DNA from: Candidatus Heimdallarchaeum endolithica
GTDB lineage: Archaea > Asgardarchaeota > Heimdallarchaeia > Heimdallarchaeales > Heimdallarchaeaceae
Assembly: GCA_021513715.1 (NCBI GenBank)
Contig: CP084167.1
Location: 1,664,001-1,728,000 of the forward strand
DNA length: 64,000 bases
Direction of reading: 5' to 3'
The notes below the pieces were generated by a model, which saw nothing but the letters and a program-made list of their open reading frames with translations, did not search any database and had not been told where the DNA came from. A program made the translations under genes and the position numbers. Shown piece after piece: positions 10,187 to 21,211 of this stretch (position 1 is its first letter; each line of letters begins with the position of its first letter).

Positions 10187-13162
10187 ATGTCAATGGAAAA
10201 TGTCCCAATGAAAAAAATTGATGAAGTAACATGGGAGATACCAACATCATATAAAAAAGGGATGAAAGTCCCAGCAAGACTGATATTAACACCAGAATTG
10301 AAAAAAGGAGTAGAACTTCGAGTAGTAGAACAAATAACTAATGTAGCAACATTACCGGGAATAGTAAAATATGCAATAGCTTTACCAGACACTCATGCAG
10401 GCTATGGCTTCCCCATTGGGGGAGTAGCTGCAATGGACATGGAAGAAGGAGTTATCTCACCGGGAGGAGTTGGTTTTGACATAAATTGCTTACCTGGAGA
10501 CACTTTAATTCTTCATAGTTTAGGTTATAGAAAAACCATTAAAGAATTTGAACCGGATTGGCTTAACACGGAATTATGTGTCTTCAATACATCCGAAAAT
10601 TCTATGGAAACAGCGTCTGTTGCCTATTTTCTTAAAAAAAGAGACACTGAAGTTTATACTATTCGCACTTATTGTGGTTACACAATTAAGGCAACTTCAG
10701 ATCATCCTTTGCTTACTCCAGATGGCATGATTGAAACTCAGAATTTACATGTTGGTGATAAATTAGCCATTTATCCTTTTGAGGGTGTAGATTATGAAGA
10801 ACCAAAAAATGAAACAATTCTAACTGAAGAAGATATTTTAAAACTTGACCTAGGGTTCGATAATCAATCTATTGTGAAGGAGTTAAAGAAAAGAGATTTA
10901 CTTCCCCTTACTCTCAATAATCCTAAGCTACCATACCTGCTATCTATTATTGGTTTTATCCTTGGTGATGGAACTGTAATAGTTTCATCAACAACAGAAG
11001 GAAAGAAAGGTTACGTTACGTTTTATGGAAAGCCAGAAGATTTAGATGAGATACGAGAGGATGTAAGAAAACTTGGATGGTCTCCCTCAAAAATTTACCA
11101 TCGTACGAAAAAAGCACCTTTCTTCAAGAATGGATATGTAAAAGATATTATCTCTGAAGAATATTCATTCAAGCAAGTATCACGTTCGTTTGTAAGTTTA
11201 ATTGCAGCACTAGGCTTTCCTGTAGGAAGCAGAGTCTCTCAAGATTGGTTTTTACCAGAATGGTTGATGAAGGTTCCAAAATGGATGAAACGATTATTTT
11301 TAGCTTCACTTCAAGGGGCAGATATGAGTACGCCAACAACATTAACATCAAACGAAGGTACATTTTACATGCCTTATATCAAAATTCATAGAAAAGAATC
11401 ATACGAACAATCAGGTCTTCAATATATTAAACAACTTCAACAACTTTACAATGAATTCAATGTTAATACATCGATTTCAGAGCCAGTTTTACGGTATACC
11501 AATGAAGAAGGAACAAAAAGCTATGCTATAATCATTTACATAAAAGGTGATTCACAAAACTTGATCAAACTTTTCTCTACTATTAATTTTAGATATAATA
11601 AGAGAAAACAGTGGTTAGCTAATGCTGCGACAGCATACTTAAAACTTAAAGAAAAAGAAATCGAATCTCGTAACACAGCAAGAAAAGAAATAATAAAGTT
11701 GAAAGAAGAAAATAAAGGCATAACAGAAATTTCTAAATTAATGAACGATAAATACGGAGTAAACAGACGTTTTGTAGAAAGAACAATCTACGATGGTGTA
11801 GTTGATCATTCAAGGCCATCTAAAGCGTTTTTCTCATTTGAAGCATTTTTGGGTGCGAGTTGCGACAATTTGGAAGAGAGTGGTGTTATCTGGGATAAAA
11901 TAGTATCAATAGAAAAAGAAGATTTTGATGATTATGTCTATGATTTTACAATTAACCATGAATCACATAACTTTATTGCAAATTCAATTATAGTTTCAAA
12001 CTGCGGCGTCCGTATGCTCTCTACCTCTCTCTCCGAATCAGAAGTTCGACCAAAAATTTCAGAATTAGTGAATAAACTTTTTAGAGCAGTTCCTGCAGGT
12101 GTTGGTGTAAAAAGCACTCTTCGTCTTAATGATTCACAGTTTAATGAAGTTCTAGAGACAGGAGCCACATGGTGTCTAGAAAATGGATATGCTTCTAAAG
12201 AAGATGTAGAGAGAATTGAAAGTGAAGGACGCCTTCCTCATGCTGATGCGTCTAAAGTAAGTCAAAGGGCAAAACAACGTGGTCGCAGTCAGTTAGGTAC
12301 ATTGGGTTCTGGAAACCATTATCTTGAGATTCAAGTTTTAGAAGAAGGGGATCTCTTAGACCCAGAAATAGGAAAAGAACTTGGACTTACTCATGCTAAA
12401 CAAATATCTGTTATGATACATTGTGGTTCTAGAGGTTTAGGTCATCAAGTGGCTTCAGATTACTTAAAAACCTGTGTTCAAGCTATGGATAAGTATAAGA
12501 TCCCTGTTTTGGATCAAGAGCTTGCTAGTGTACCTATTACTTCTAAAGAGGGTGAAGATTACTTTGCAGCTATGAACGCAGCAGCTAACATGGCTTTTGC
12601 TAATAGACAAATAATTACGCATAACGTTAGGAAAGTATTCGAAGAAGTTTTCAAAAAAGACAGTGATGAGCTAGGATTAAAGTTAATTTACGATGTTGCC
12701 CATAACATTGCTAAAATAGAAGAACATGAAGTTGATGGAAAGAAAAGAAAGCTTGTTATTCATCGAAAAGGTGCAACTAGAGGCTTTCCACCAGGACACC
12801 CAGAAATTCCTAAAGCTTATCAAAAAATTGGACAGCCAGTAATTATTGGAGGTTCAATGGAAACAGGTTCTTATCTTCTTGTTGGAACACAAAAATCGAT
12901 GGAGATTACTTTTGGTTCAACTGCCCATGGAGCAGGAAGAGTGATGAGTAGAGCACAAGCTAGAAGAGTCAAAAGAGGAGAAGAGATACAAAGACAACTG
13001 TCTGATAAAGGAATATATCTCAAAGGAGCCTCGTATAAGGGTATTGCAGAAGAAGGCGGTCATGCTTACAAAGACATAGATGCTGTAATCCACGCATTAA
13101 AGGTAGCAGGAATATCTCATCCTGTAGCAAGATTAAGACCAATAGGCAACATTAAAGGATAA
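10187..13162 (+). CDS. rtcB: RNA-splicing ligase RtcB, containing an intein
   Basis: PDTHAGYGFPIGGV, GFDIN/CGVR, GTLGSGNHYLE, HCGSRGLG, HRKGAT, STAHGAGR. Confidence 0.97.
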   Translation: MSMENVPMKKIDEVTWEIPTSYKKGMKVPARLILTPELKKGVELRVVEQITNVATLPGIVKYAIALPDTHAGYGFPIGGVAAMDMEEGVISPGGVGFDINCLPGDTLILHSLGYRKTIKEFEPDWLNTELCVFNTSENSMETASVAYFLKKRDTEVYTIRTYCGYTIKATSDHPLLTPDGMIETQNLHVGDKLAIYPFEGVDYEEPKNETILTEEDILKLDLGFDNQSIVKELKKRDLLPLTLNNPKLPYLLSIIGFILGDGTVIVSSTTEGKKGYVTFYGKPEDLDEIREDVRKLGWSPSKIYHRTKKAPFFKNGYVKDIISEEYSFKQVSRSFVSLIAALGFPVGSRVSQDWFLPEWLMKVPKWMKRLFLASLQGADMSTPTTLTSNEGTFYMPYIKIHRKESYEQSGLQYIKQLQQLYNEFNVNTSISEPVLRYTNEEGTKSYAIIIYIKGDSQNLIKLFSTINFRYNKRKQWLANAATAYLKLKEKEIESRNTARKEIIKLKEENKGITEISKLMNDKYGVNRRFVERTIYDGVVDHSRPSKAFFSFEAFLGASCDNLEESGVIWDKIVSIEKEDFDDYVYDFTINHESHNFIANSIIVSNCGVRMLSTSLSESEVRPKISELVNKLFRAVPAGVGVKSTLRLNDSQFNEVLETGATWCLENGYASKEDVERIESEGRLPHADASKVSQRAKQRGRSQLGTLGSGNHYLEIQVLEEGDLLDPEIGKELGLTHAKQISVMIHCGSRGLGHQVASDYLKTCVQAMDKYKIPVLDQELASVPITSKEGEDYFAAMNAAANMAFANRQIITHNVRKVFEEVFKKDSDELGLKLIYDVAHNIAKIEEHEVDGKKRKLVIHRKGATRGFPPGHPEIPKAYQKIGQPVIIGGSMETGSYLLVGTQKSMEITFGSTAHGAGRVMSRAQARRVKRGEEIQRQLSDKGIYLKGASYKGIAEEGGHAYKDIDAVIHALKVAGISHPVARLRPIGNIKG
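10487..12001 (+). mobile_element. 505-aa intein with LAGLIDADG-type homing endonuclease domain in RtcB
   Basis: Begins CLPGDT; block B ATSDHPLLT; endonuclease motifs IIGFILGDG and FLASLQGADM; ends VYDFTI...HNFIANSIIVSN/C. Splicing restores DINCGVR. Confidence 0.93.
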
Positions 13163-13192
13163 AAACCTTTTTTCTGATTTTTTAATTTAGTT

Positions 13193-14251
13193 TTAAGGTT
13201 TAGTTCTTAGATCAACAATATTTACGCTTAATTTCATTTTTTTAGCCCAAGAAGAAATACGCTTTACAGCTTCATCTGTACTTTCAAGTTGAGCCCCAGA
13301 AGCAGGTTTGTGTCCTCCTCCATTCATTGTTTTTGCAAGTTTATCAACTCGCAAAAAATCTATCTGTTCATCTGTTAACTTCTTACTCAATCTTAGACTT
13401 ATTCTTGTAATATCAGGATACTCGGTTAAATATGCTGTCCCTTTTGCTCCTCGATACATCACTTCGTGAGCGATATAAGTAATATTATAATGCGAGGGTC
13501 TATCAATTAATATAACAAAATCTGCTATTTCTATTTCTTGGGAAACATCATGTGCTTTTTTTCTTCCATATCTTAAATTACTGATCTTCTTATGAATGAA
13601 CTCAACATTAGGATCGTTAAAATCCCAAAGTCCTATCCATCCTTTTTTTGATAGAATATCTGTTAATATGGCGTGATCTTCTAATGTAAAGGCTGTTTTA
13701 CACGCATCCTCTAAGAACCATATTTTTGTGTCTTCATTAAAATCGTCTAAAGATGATTCCAATTCAATTGGGGGTGGAATCGAGTAGCTTGCAGTATCAG
13801 TAATTTCTGTCATTTTGGCCAATTCGATCATATAATCAGGGAGAACAGAAGAATAATTTTTAGATAGTAAATAAGAGGTGCTTAATCCTCCTGCTTCAAA
13901 AAATATCTTTCGTGCATTAATTAATTTTCCAACTGCAGAAATGTGATGATCAACATATAGTTCCATCTCATTAAGATTAAACGGTTCTAAATCTACAATT
14001 GCAAACCAGTTAGCTTTCTCAAATTTTTCTCGAAGATTGGGATTATTAAGCAGTGAATAATCGATTGGTAAGTAAACTAGTTTTTGATTTTTCTCAAAGA
14101 GTTTCTTAACAATTGCACCTGAAACTATTCCATCACAACAATTGTAATGATAAGCTACTTTCATAGTTTTCTTTTTTTTAAGTTCAGAGAGGACTTTATT
14201 TCTGTATTCTTTTCTTTGCTTCTGTATATCAGATATTTCCATTTTGCTCAA
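13193..14251 (-). CDS. DHH-family phosphoesterase (NrnA/oligoribonuclease-like) with DHHA1 domain
   Basis: CDG, IVD, YVDHH, ITDT and C-terminal GGGH..ASG motifs. Confidence 0.8.
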   Translation of the reverse strand: MSKMEISDIQKQRKEYRNKVLSELKKKKTMKVAYHYNCCDGIVSGAIVKKLFEKNQKLVYLPIDYSLLNNPNLREKFEKANWFAIVDLEPFNLNEMELYVDHHISAVGKLINARKIFFEAGGLSTSYLLSKNYSSVLPDYMIELAKMTEITDTASYSIPPPIELESSLDDFNEDTKIWFLEDACKTAFTLEDHAILTDILSKKGWIGLWDFNDPNVEFIHKKISNLRYGRKKAHDVSQEIEIADFVILIDRPSHYNITYIAHEVMYRGAKGTAYLTEYPDITRISLRLSKKLTDEQIDFLRVDKLAKTMNGGGHKPASGAQLESTDEAVKRISSWAKKMKLSVNIVDLRTKP

Positions 14252-14257
14252 CTTCTA

Positions 14258-15031
14258 TCAACTAATATTTGCAAATTCTTTGAAGTTTCTTGATAATACT
14301 TCTGAAACTTCATCCATTGATAAGTTTTTTACTTCAGCTATTTTTTCCATAATTTGAGGGATAATAGCTGGTGAACCTATTATTCTTTCTCCTTTTATCC
14401 AATATTTTACATTTCCGTCTGATTCAGTTAATAATTGCTCTAATTCCACCTTTTCTAGAACAAAACGATGTGTACTGCCTCCTAAAATTGAAGGATTAAT
14501 TGAAAAGAATACACCTTTATCTCTAAATTTGTAAAGTATTTTTTTCGGACCAGAATACCAATGTATCAAAATGTTAGAGGGAGGAATAGAAAAAGAATCT
14601 AGGAGCTCATACACTCTTTCTTCTGCTCCTTTTGAGTGAATGTTAATGGGAATTGAATATTGTTCTGAGAGGTTAAGAAAGAATCTAAAAACTTCTTCTT
14701 GAAGAGGATAATACTGCTCTTTCTTAATAAAATGGTGATCTAATCCAATTTCTCCAAAAACCAGAGGAGAAACAGTTGCTACATGGTAAGAAATTTTGTT
14801 GATCTGTTCTTCAGGCATATTACGCTTTACTTCCCACGGATGAATGCCAAAACCAGGAATAATCTGTTTGTATTTTTTTTGTAGTTCAATTGCTTTTTCA
14901 ATCTCTGTATATTTCATAGATACTCCTACAACATATTCCAAACCAAGATCTAACCATTGTTTCATAAAATTATCAATATCTTTGTAAAAGTAATTAATAG
15001 GTAAATGGCAATGAGCATCGTGAAATTGCAT
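14258..15031 (-). CDS. tatD: TatD-family metal-dependent nuclease
   Basis: DAHCH, GIHPW, GEIGLD, IHS, HWYSG, LTESD. Confidence 0.92.
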   Translation of the reverse strand: MQFHDAHCHLPINYFYKDIDNFMKQWLDLGLEYVVGVSMKYTEIEKAIELQKKYKQIIPGFGIHPWEVKRNMPEEQINKISYHVATVSPLVFGEIGLDHHFIKKEQYYPLQEEVFRFFLNLSEQYSIPINIHSKGAEERVYELLDSFSIPPSNILIHWYSGPKKILYKFRDKGVFFSINPSILGGSTHRFVLEKVELEQLLTESDGNVKYWIKGERIIGSPAIIPQIMEKIAEVKNLSMDEVSEVLSRNFKEFANIS

Positions 15032-15096
15032 AATAAAAATTTATCATAGAGTTTATTTATTTGTTTGGTAAAGTTTACATTAAGAGGAATAAAATT

Positions 15097-15285
15097 ATGT
15101 CAAGTTTAGAAGAAAGAGTTAAGAAACTAGAGAAAGAAGTAGAACGTTTACGTAATTTGCTCGAACAACATCTTCATCAACATGGATGGCGCCCCCAACC
15201 AATAAAACCTAAACCGAACATCCCTCCAAAGCATCCTTTTAAGCCAAATCATGATGATTTACACGAACCTTTTAAAATAGATTAA
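15097..15285 (+). CDS. Small coiled-coil protein with His/Pro-rich tail
   Basis: MSSLEERVKKLEKEVERL heptad pattern after a GAGGA SD-like sequence. Confidence 0.55.
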   Translation: MSSLEERVKKLEKEVERLRNLLEQHLHQHGWRPQPIKPKPNIPPKHPFKPNHDDLHEPFKID

Positions 15286-15392
15286 AAGAAAATCCATAGT
15301 AAGGATCGCCAATTGGTTTTGTAAAAACTTTGTTTTTCTATAAGAACAAACTCTTTATATTTAGATTTTTTAAAAGAATATTGATGTAACTA

Positions 15393-16217
15393 ATGCCACA
15401 GAAGAAGAGAGATTTTGCTAAGATTGTTCGAAATATGATTAGACAAAGTGAAGTAGTTTGTGAAGTAATAGATGGACGTTTTCCATCACTATCCAGAGTT
15501 AGAAAATACGAAAATATGGTATTAAGAAATCCAAAAAAAAGTCTTGTAATAGCAATGAATAAAATTGACTTAGTTCCTGACAAAGTAGTAAAAAAGTGGA
15601 AGAAAATACTCAAAGAAGAAGGATTAAATGTTATTGCGGTAAGTGCGAGAGAGAGGTTAAGCACCTCTATATTAAGAAAAGAACTGCTTAAAGTTGCTCC
15701 ACCAGAAACATACTTTGTAACTGCTTGTTTTATTGGTTTACCCAATACAGGCAAAAGTTCACTTATTAATATTCTAAAAGGAAGAGCTAGCGCTCCAGTT
15801 GCTCCAATTCCAGGTTACACAAGAGCAGAACAAGTATTAAGAATAACTACAAGATTAAGAATTTTTGATACACCGGGAGTACTTACAAAAAATATTAACC
15901 CCAATGAGAGAATATTACTAGGTACTTATAGATGGGATCAGCTTGCAGATCATGTTAAAGCTTCTTGGGTGTTGGTTCAAGGAATAGAGAAGTATAACCC
16001 AGGAATTTTAACTGAAGTCTATGGAATAGAGTACCGTTCTCCTCCTGAATTTATTGAGAAATTCGCTGAAAAAAGGCATAGAAGAAAAAAAGGAGGAGTT
16101 TTAGATATTGAAGCAGCAGCTTCGATATTCATGAATGAGTATATTCAAGGAAAAATTCCGATATGGGAAGACCCTGAAACGTATTTAAAAGAGAGAGAAG
16201 AACAAGAAGAGAGATAA
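15393..16217 (+). CDS. Circularly permuted ribosome-biogenesis GTPase (YlqF/RbgA/Nog2-like)
   Basis: G4-G1-G3 order: NKIDL, GLPNTGKSSLIN, PGYTR, DTPG. Confidence 0.92.
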   Translation: MPQKKRDFAKIVRNMIRQSEVVCEVIDGRFPSLSRVRKYENMVLRNPKKSLVIAMNKIDLVPDKVVKKWKKILKEEGLNVIAVSARERLSTSILRKELLKVAPPETYFVTACFIGLPNTGKSSLINILKGRASAPVAPIPGYTRAEQVLRITTRLRIFDTPGVLTKNINPNERILLGTYRWDQLADHVKASWVLVQGIEKYNPGILTEVYGIEYRSPPEFIEKFAEKRHRRKKGGVLDIEAAASIFMNEYIQGKIPIWEDPETYLKEREEQEER

Positions 16218-16425
16218 AGATAATAAACATAGAGATTAGTATATCAATTATAGATCAAACGCTTAACAATTCAGTTTTTAAAAAAATAGTTATTTGTTTT
16301 TTAATTTTACAAATTTACAACTAACAAATTTTTTTGTAGTTTTATAAATCGTTTAAATCCTTCTTTTAATTAGACAATAAATATTTACATAATACGATTG
16401 TTTTTTTTTATTAGGAGATAGTTCA

Positions 16426-16790
16426 ATGAAAAAAAATATGTGTTCTTATTGTTAATATTGTTGGGAAATTGAATAATTCTTCTTGGAGCACATTCTGGAA
16501 CTAGCGAAACAACTATTCGTGCATTTTTAATAGAAAAAATAGAGATTACCGATAAGTTTGAAGGAACTACATCTACTCAATACAGAATACAAATTGGAAT
16601 TCTTTTTGTAAGGATAGATGACTCTTCTGGTGCTACTTTCGATAATGACAAAAACTGTGGAGATTTAAGAACATTTCCAAAAGATTTTGATAACTATAAT
16701 GGAGGTGGTGCCGATTTTTATGGTAATAAGTTATGTACCTTATATACTAAACATGTGATTTTTGTTCTTCTCTTTTCTTTTTCAAAGTAG
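16426..16790 (+). pseudogene. Degraded gene for a small secreted protein
   Basis: AGGAG then ATG AAA AAA. A frameshift in the A-run gives a KKK-YVFLLLILLG signal peptide, then an in-frame TGA, then about 105 open codons to TAG at 16790. Absent from the ORF track. Confidence 0.5.
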
Positions 16791-16825
16791 AGGAAAAATA
16801 AAAGAAGAGAAGATAGATTCTCTTC

Positions 16826-17068
16826 TTAACCTATGATTTTTAATTTTCCCTTGATAATAAGTATTGCACTACACCCAGAGATAATAATACTAAGGATTGC
16901 ACCTGAAAACCAATACCAGTTAACATCTCCAGACTCTGTAAATGCCAAAAGAATAAATATCAAAAAAAGAACGTTAAAAACAGTTGAAACTAGTAATATA
17001 TTCAGAAATATGTTTTTAAATTTCGGCTTTTCAACGCTAGTTTGAAAATTATTATCCTTTTCTTCCAT
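16826..17068 (-). CDS. Small two-TM membrane protein (paralog of 19580-19834)
   Basis: Two hydrophobic helices; shares KP.F.NIFLN and ISG...ILIIKGKLKI.G with the paralog. Confidence 0.7.
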   Translation of the reverse strand: MEEKDNNFQTSVEKPKFKNIFLNILLVSTVFNVLFLIFILLAFTESGDVNWYWFSGAILSIIISGCSAILIIKGKLKIIG

Positions 17069-17113
17069 ACTAAATAAAATAGAAAAATGATTTTTATTTT
17101 TTGTTACTAAGAA

Positions 17114-17223
17114 TAGTACTTCCGAATTATCTCAAAAAGTATGAATTGAGAACACACCAATGATAGTATGAACGCCTATAATTTTAACCTATAGAAATCG
17201 GTCAACTTATTGCGGAAGTACTA
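17114..17223 (-). mobile_element. 110-bp MITE, copy 1
   Basis: TIR TAGTACTTCCG...CGGAAGTACTA; 6-bp TSD TAAGAA (17108-17113, 17224-17229); reverse complement of copies 2 and 3. Confidence 0.95.
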
Positions 17224-17408
17224 TAAGAAGATGAAATTAGAAATATCAGGATAATTGGTTTATGTCTTTGAATTCACTAACATAAAACAAACCATTTTCA
17301 TGTTTAACTATGTAGATATCTGTTTTTAACACGACCAAGCGAGATGCTTTTACAAAATTTTCTAATTGATTATTACATAAAGGTTTTAACCTTAAAAAAG
17401 AAAAAAAA

Positions 17409-19353
17409 CTATTTTTTCCTTCTTCTAATTAACGGATAGGAAAAAATAGCAACTACAAAAAATATTATTGTAAACGGAACTGTAGTTGTATTTTCCTCGT
17501 AAACACCTGCTCTTTTTAACCATTCAATAGATGTATCAAGGTTATAGTCATACTTCATAATGTCGTTATAATACCAATATGATTGAATAGGATAAATGGG
17601 GCTTTGAGATATTAAATATTCTCCATCGTGGATCTCTCTGTTTATTTCCTCTCTATCTATTGCATATGATATTGCTTTTCTTACAGCAAGAGCCTTTGAA
17701 TAGTTTTCATATCCTGTCTCATTTAAGAAGATAAAGTTATCATCACCTCCAATAAAGGGTCTTCTAAGGTTGAATATCATAAAATTCATGTAGTTTTTCA
17801 GTTTTGACTGAATTTCAAACTTAGGGTCATCTTGCATGCTTTTTCTCTCATCTATGAAAGTGTCCATTTCTCCTAATAAATCAAGTCTTCCTGCTTTAAA
17901 CTCTTCAAGTATTGTATTTAAATCTTGAATGAAACGTACATTGATAGTTTTAATATCTAGATCCTGTTCTGTCCCATCAATAGCTCCAACACCAAACCAG
18001 AAGGGAGAAGCCCTCAAAACTGCAACTGTATCTTTTTCATGATAGTCTAGCATGTACTTACCACAACCAAATGCAGAATTTCCATATGTAGACCACTGCG
18101 GAGTGTTAAAAACACCATTATACAGTCCTTTCATTGGAACACCCCCAGTGGAGTAAGTGACTGTTTCATCTGTTGTGTTTAAGAAAAATTCTGGTAATAG
18201 TTTAACTGTTAGTGCTTCCAAGAATTGTGTGTATTTTTCTTTCTCTTCTGTCTCAGGATCACCATCTATTTCTATCCAGAATGACAAAGGATCATTAGAA
18301 TCAACCCATACATTGTGAATCCAGCAATAATCATCTGCATCTCCATTAAAACAGGGTTAGCATAAGCAAGTAAAGTGAATACTGCATCTTTAGCAGTTAC
18401 TTGTTGGTTGGTTCCATCACTAAACTCACCATCATCACTTTTCATGAGTATAGATGGATTTACAATATTTCCATTTTCATTAATTAGTGGGTCAGAACTG
18501 CTATCTCTTCCAGTAATGTTAAAAGATGGATTCCAGTAGACATCATCACGCAGAGTGAATTTGTATAAGAGTTCATTGTTTTCATCTTGTTGCCAATCAA
18601 AAATTAAACCAGTTTTAATGGGTTCAAAACCAGGAGACATCTGGATTAATGGTTCTGTAACTAGGGAAAAAATGTAGGAATTAGATGAATCATGTTGCAC
18701 GAATGGGTTTAAATTTACCCACAAATCAGTATAATCATTTAATTCTTCAGTTGAGGTTTGCCCTTCGTGTAAGGAAGTGAATTCCATATAAGGTAGGGAT
18801 TCAACAACACCCCACAAAGCATTATATCCATCTAATGTAGCCCAATTAGCAACATATGATCGTGGGCTGAAGAATGGCAGCATTGGTAAGACTTTATCCA
18901 TTATTAATTGTTGCCATTCATAATAGTGTTGTTGTCTTTCTTCAAGATCCATGACGAGAGAGCCTTTTTCTAACATCTTTCATTATCGTCTCCATAAGGA
19001 ATCTCTGTGTTTATACCAAAATAATTTAGAGAACCATTCTCACAAAATAGTTCTTTCTGATCATATATTGTTCCTCCACCAGTTAAACCTAAGAATGCAA
19101 GATCAAAGTCATAAGTAATAGTAAGAGTACCTATAAAGACTATCCACTCTTCATTCTTAATATTAACTTTAATACCCAATTTGTCCAAATATTGGGCAAT
19201 GTAAAGACCGTAATCAGGAAGATAACCACTACCACTAACCTTAAGGGTTAATACAGCAATTGTATCGGTTTCAGCTTTTGTATTTAAAATAGAAAATGAA
19301 CTGATTATCAAAAGAGTAGAGAGCAAAATAAGATTGAATAATTTTTTTTTCAT
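17409..19353 (-). pseudogene. Family-5 (OppA/DppA-like) ABC substrate-binding protein split by two frameshifts
   Basis: Signal peptide; YKFTLRDDVYW, VTAKDAVFT, VRKAISYAIDREEI; C-terminal TM plus RRRKK. One extra A near 18978 and one extra T near 18349 (coding strand) restore a single ORF. Confidence 0.8.
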
Positions 19354-19579
19354 TTTTTATACCTCTATTTTATTATCAGTTGATGTAAGGTTAAAATTGC
19401 CATTTATTTTGGAAACCTTTTTTCTTTAGAATATAGCATTTTAACCAACATATCGTCAACTTATATCCAAAAACACTTATAATAATATCGACAAATAGCT
19501 GATTTTTTGAAGAGAATCATTTTTATATAGAAAAAAATCAAGTGTATTTTAACAAAGTAATCTAATATAAATTGCAGAA

Positions 19580-19834
19580 TTAACCAACAATTTTTAGTTT
19601 GCCTTTTATAATAAGGATACTACATATTCCAGAGATTACCAGCATAAATAAAGCTCCGATAAACCAATCAAAATTTGTTGTATCTTTTAGATATTGCAAC
19701 AAGAAGATGACAAAAAGAGTACTAAATACTGCATCAAACAAGACCATATTCAAGAAGATGTTACTAAAACTAGGTTTCTGGGAATCGTTTCCTAATGAAT
19801 CCTTCTTTAACTCATTCATAGTTTTCACTCTCAA
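19580..19834 (-). CDS. Small two-TM membrane protein (paralog of 16826-17068)
   Basis: Clear similarity to 16826-17068, same orientation. Confidence 0.7.
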   Translation of the reverse strand: MRVKTMNELKKDSLGNDSQKPSFSNIFLNMVLFDAVFSTLFVIFLLQYLKDTTNFDWFIGALFMLVISGICSILIIKGKLKIVG

Positions 19835-20008
19835 AGGAAAGGTTTTTCGTTTTTTTCTCTATAAAAGAGAATAACTATTAATTATTTTCTGTGAAAATTT
19901 TAATGAAATATAAAAAATTATTGCTTAATGTCATTAAACTAATGTTAAAAAAAGAAAAGCAATCAGAGTTTTCTTTTTATGTAAAGTATATCCAAAAAGA
20001 TCAATATT

Positions 20009-21211
20009 TCATTTTTTTAGTGTTTTAATAATTGTAACAGGAAGACGAAAAATTACTTTTCTCAAAAACTTTCCATAGTCTAATATTCCCATTATCATCT
20101 TACCCACTAAGTCAGCTAATTTATCATCTTTTATAGCCAAATTGACAATTAGCTCCATTCTTCTCAAAGTTTTATATAGAAAGTTTTGAAGAAATAGACC
20201 TGTTTTGCTTAAATCTTTTCCAAAATCTTTTATCCACTTTTTCTGATAAGCTTTCAACGCTTTACCATATTGTTTATTGTTGTATATAGCTTCTGCAGCA
20301 AATTTTCCTCCAGAGATACAATAATATAGTCCCTCACCTGTTACTGGACTTACAAATCCTGCAGCATCACCTACTAGCAAGAGTTTATGAAAAACGGATT
20401 TTTTTACAGGTTTCTTAAAAACCAGTGTATAGGACTTTGCTTTGGCTAATTTGATGTCAGAAGGAATAAGATTCATTTCTTTTAGCTGTTCAACAAATCG
20501 TTCATATACATTTTTTGGCCCATCCTCTTTAATATCGATCCATGTAGCTCCAATACCGATGTTGATGTAACCTTTTTTGATGAAATACCACCCATACCCT
20601 TTAGGAACAACTCCAAAAAAGATTTGTAAGCTAGTTTCTTTTATTCCTAAATCAGTTAATAATTTCTGTTCGATTTCAGTTTCTGAATTAACACATATAG
20701 CGAGGTAACCCTCTGGCCAGCGAGATCTAATTCCCAGAGAACGAATTAACTTATTATTTTGAACGCCTGTAGCAAGAATAACATAATTTGCACTAATTAT
20801 TCTTTTTTCGGTGACAATAGTGTATGTATCATTATTGGAATCATGTTTTATTTCTAGAACTGCTTCACCATCGAAAATTGAAACGCCTTGTTCTTGAGCG
20901 TCACGAGCCATAGCTTCATCAAACTGTTCTCTAATAACAAAATATCCTTTGTTGCCCCTATTAATGAAATGTTTAAGAGACGGTGAATAGATAGTAATAT
21001 TGTCTATTGAACAATTAATAGACTGTTTGGCTTTTTCACCTAATAAGGATAAAGTTCTATGAGATAAAGCTCCACCACAAGGTTTGTCTCTGGGATAAGC
21101 CTTTTTTTCAAATAAAATGGTTTTCAATCCCATTTTTGCACAATAATAAGCTGATGAAGAACCAGCAGGTCCTCCTCCAATAATCGCAACATCATATAAT
21201 TCGTTTGACAC
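20009..21211 (-). CDS. Geranylgeranyl reductase-family FAD oxidoreductase
   Basis: DVAIIGGGPAG, PRDKPCGG, GYGWYF, LLVGDAAGFVSPVTGEG. Confidence 0.9.
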   Translation of the reverse strand: MSNELYDVAIIGGGPAGSSSAYYCAKMGLKTILFEKKAYPRDKPCGGALSHRTLSLLGEKAKQSINCSIDNITIYSPSLKHFINRGNKGYFVIREQFDEAMARDAQEQGVSIFDGEAVLEIKHDSNNDTYTIVTEKRIISANYVILATGVQNNKLIRSLGIRSRWPEGYLAICVNSETEIEQKLLTDLGIKETSLQIFFGVVPKGYGWYFIKKGYINIGIGATWIDIKEDGPKNVYERFVEQLKEMNLIPSDIKLAKAKSYTLVFKKPVKKSVFHKLLLVGDAAGFVSPVTGEGLYYCISGGKFAAEAIYNNKQYGKALKAYQKKWIKDFGKDLSKTGLFLQNFLYKTLRRMELIVNLAIKDDKLADLVGKMIMGILDYGKFLRKVIFRLPVTIIKTLKK

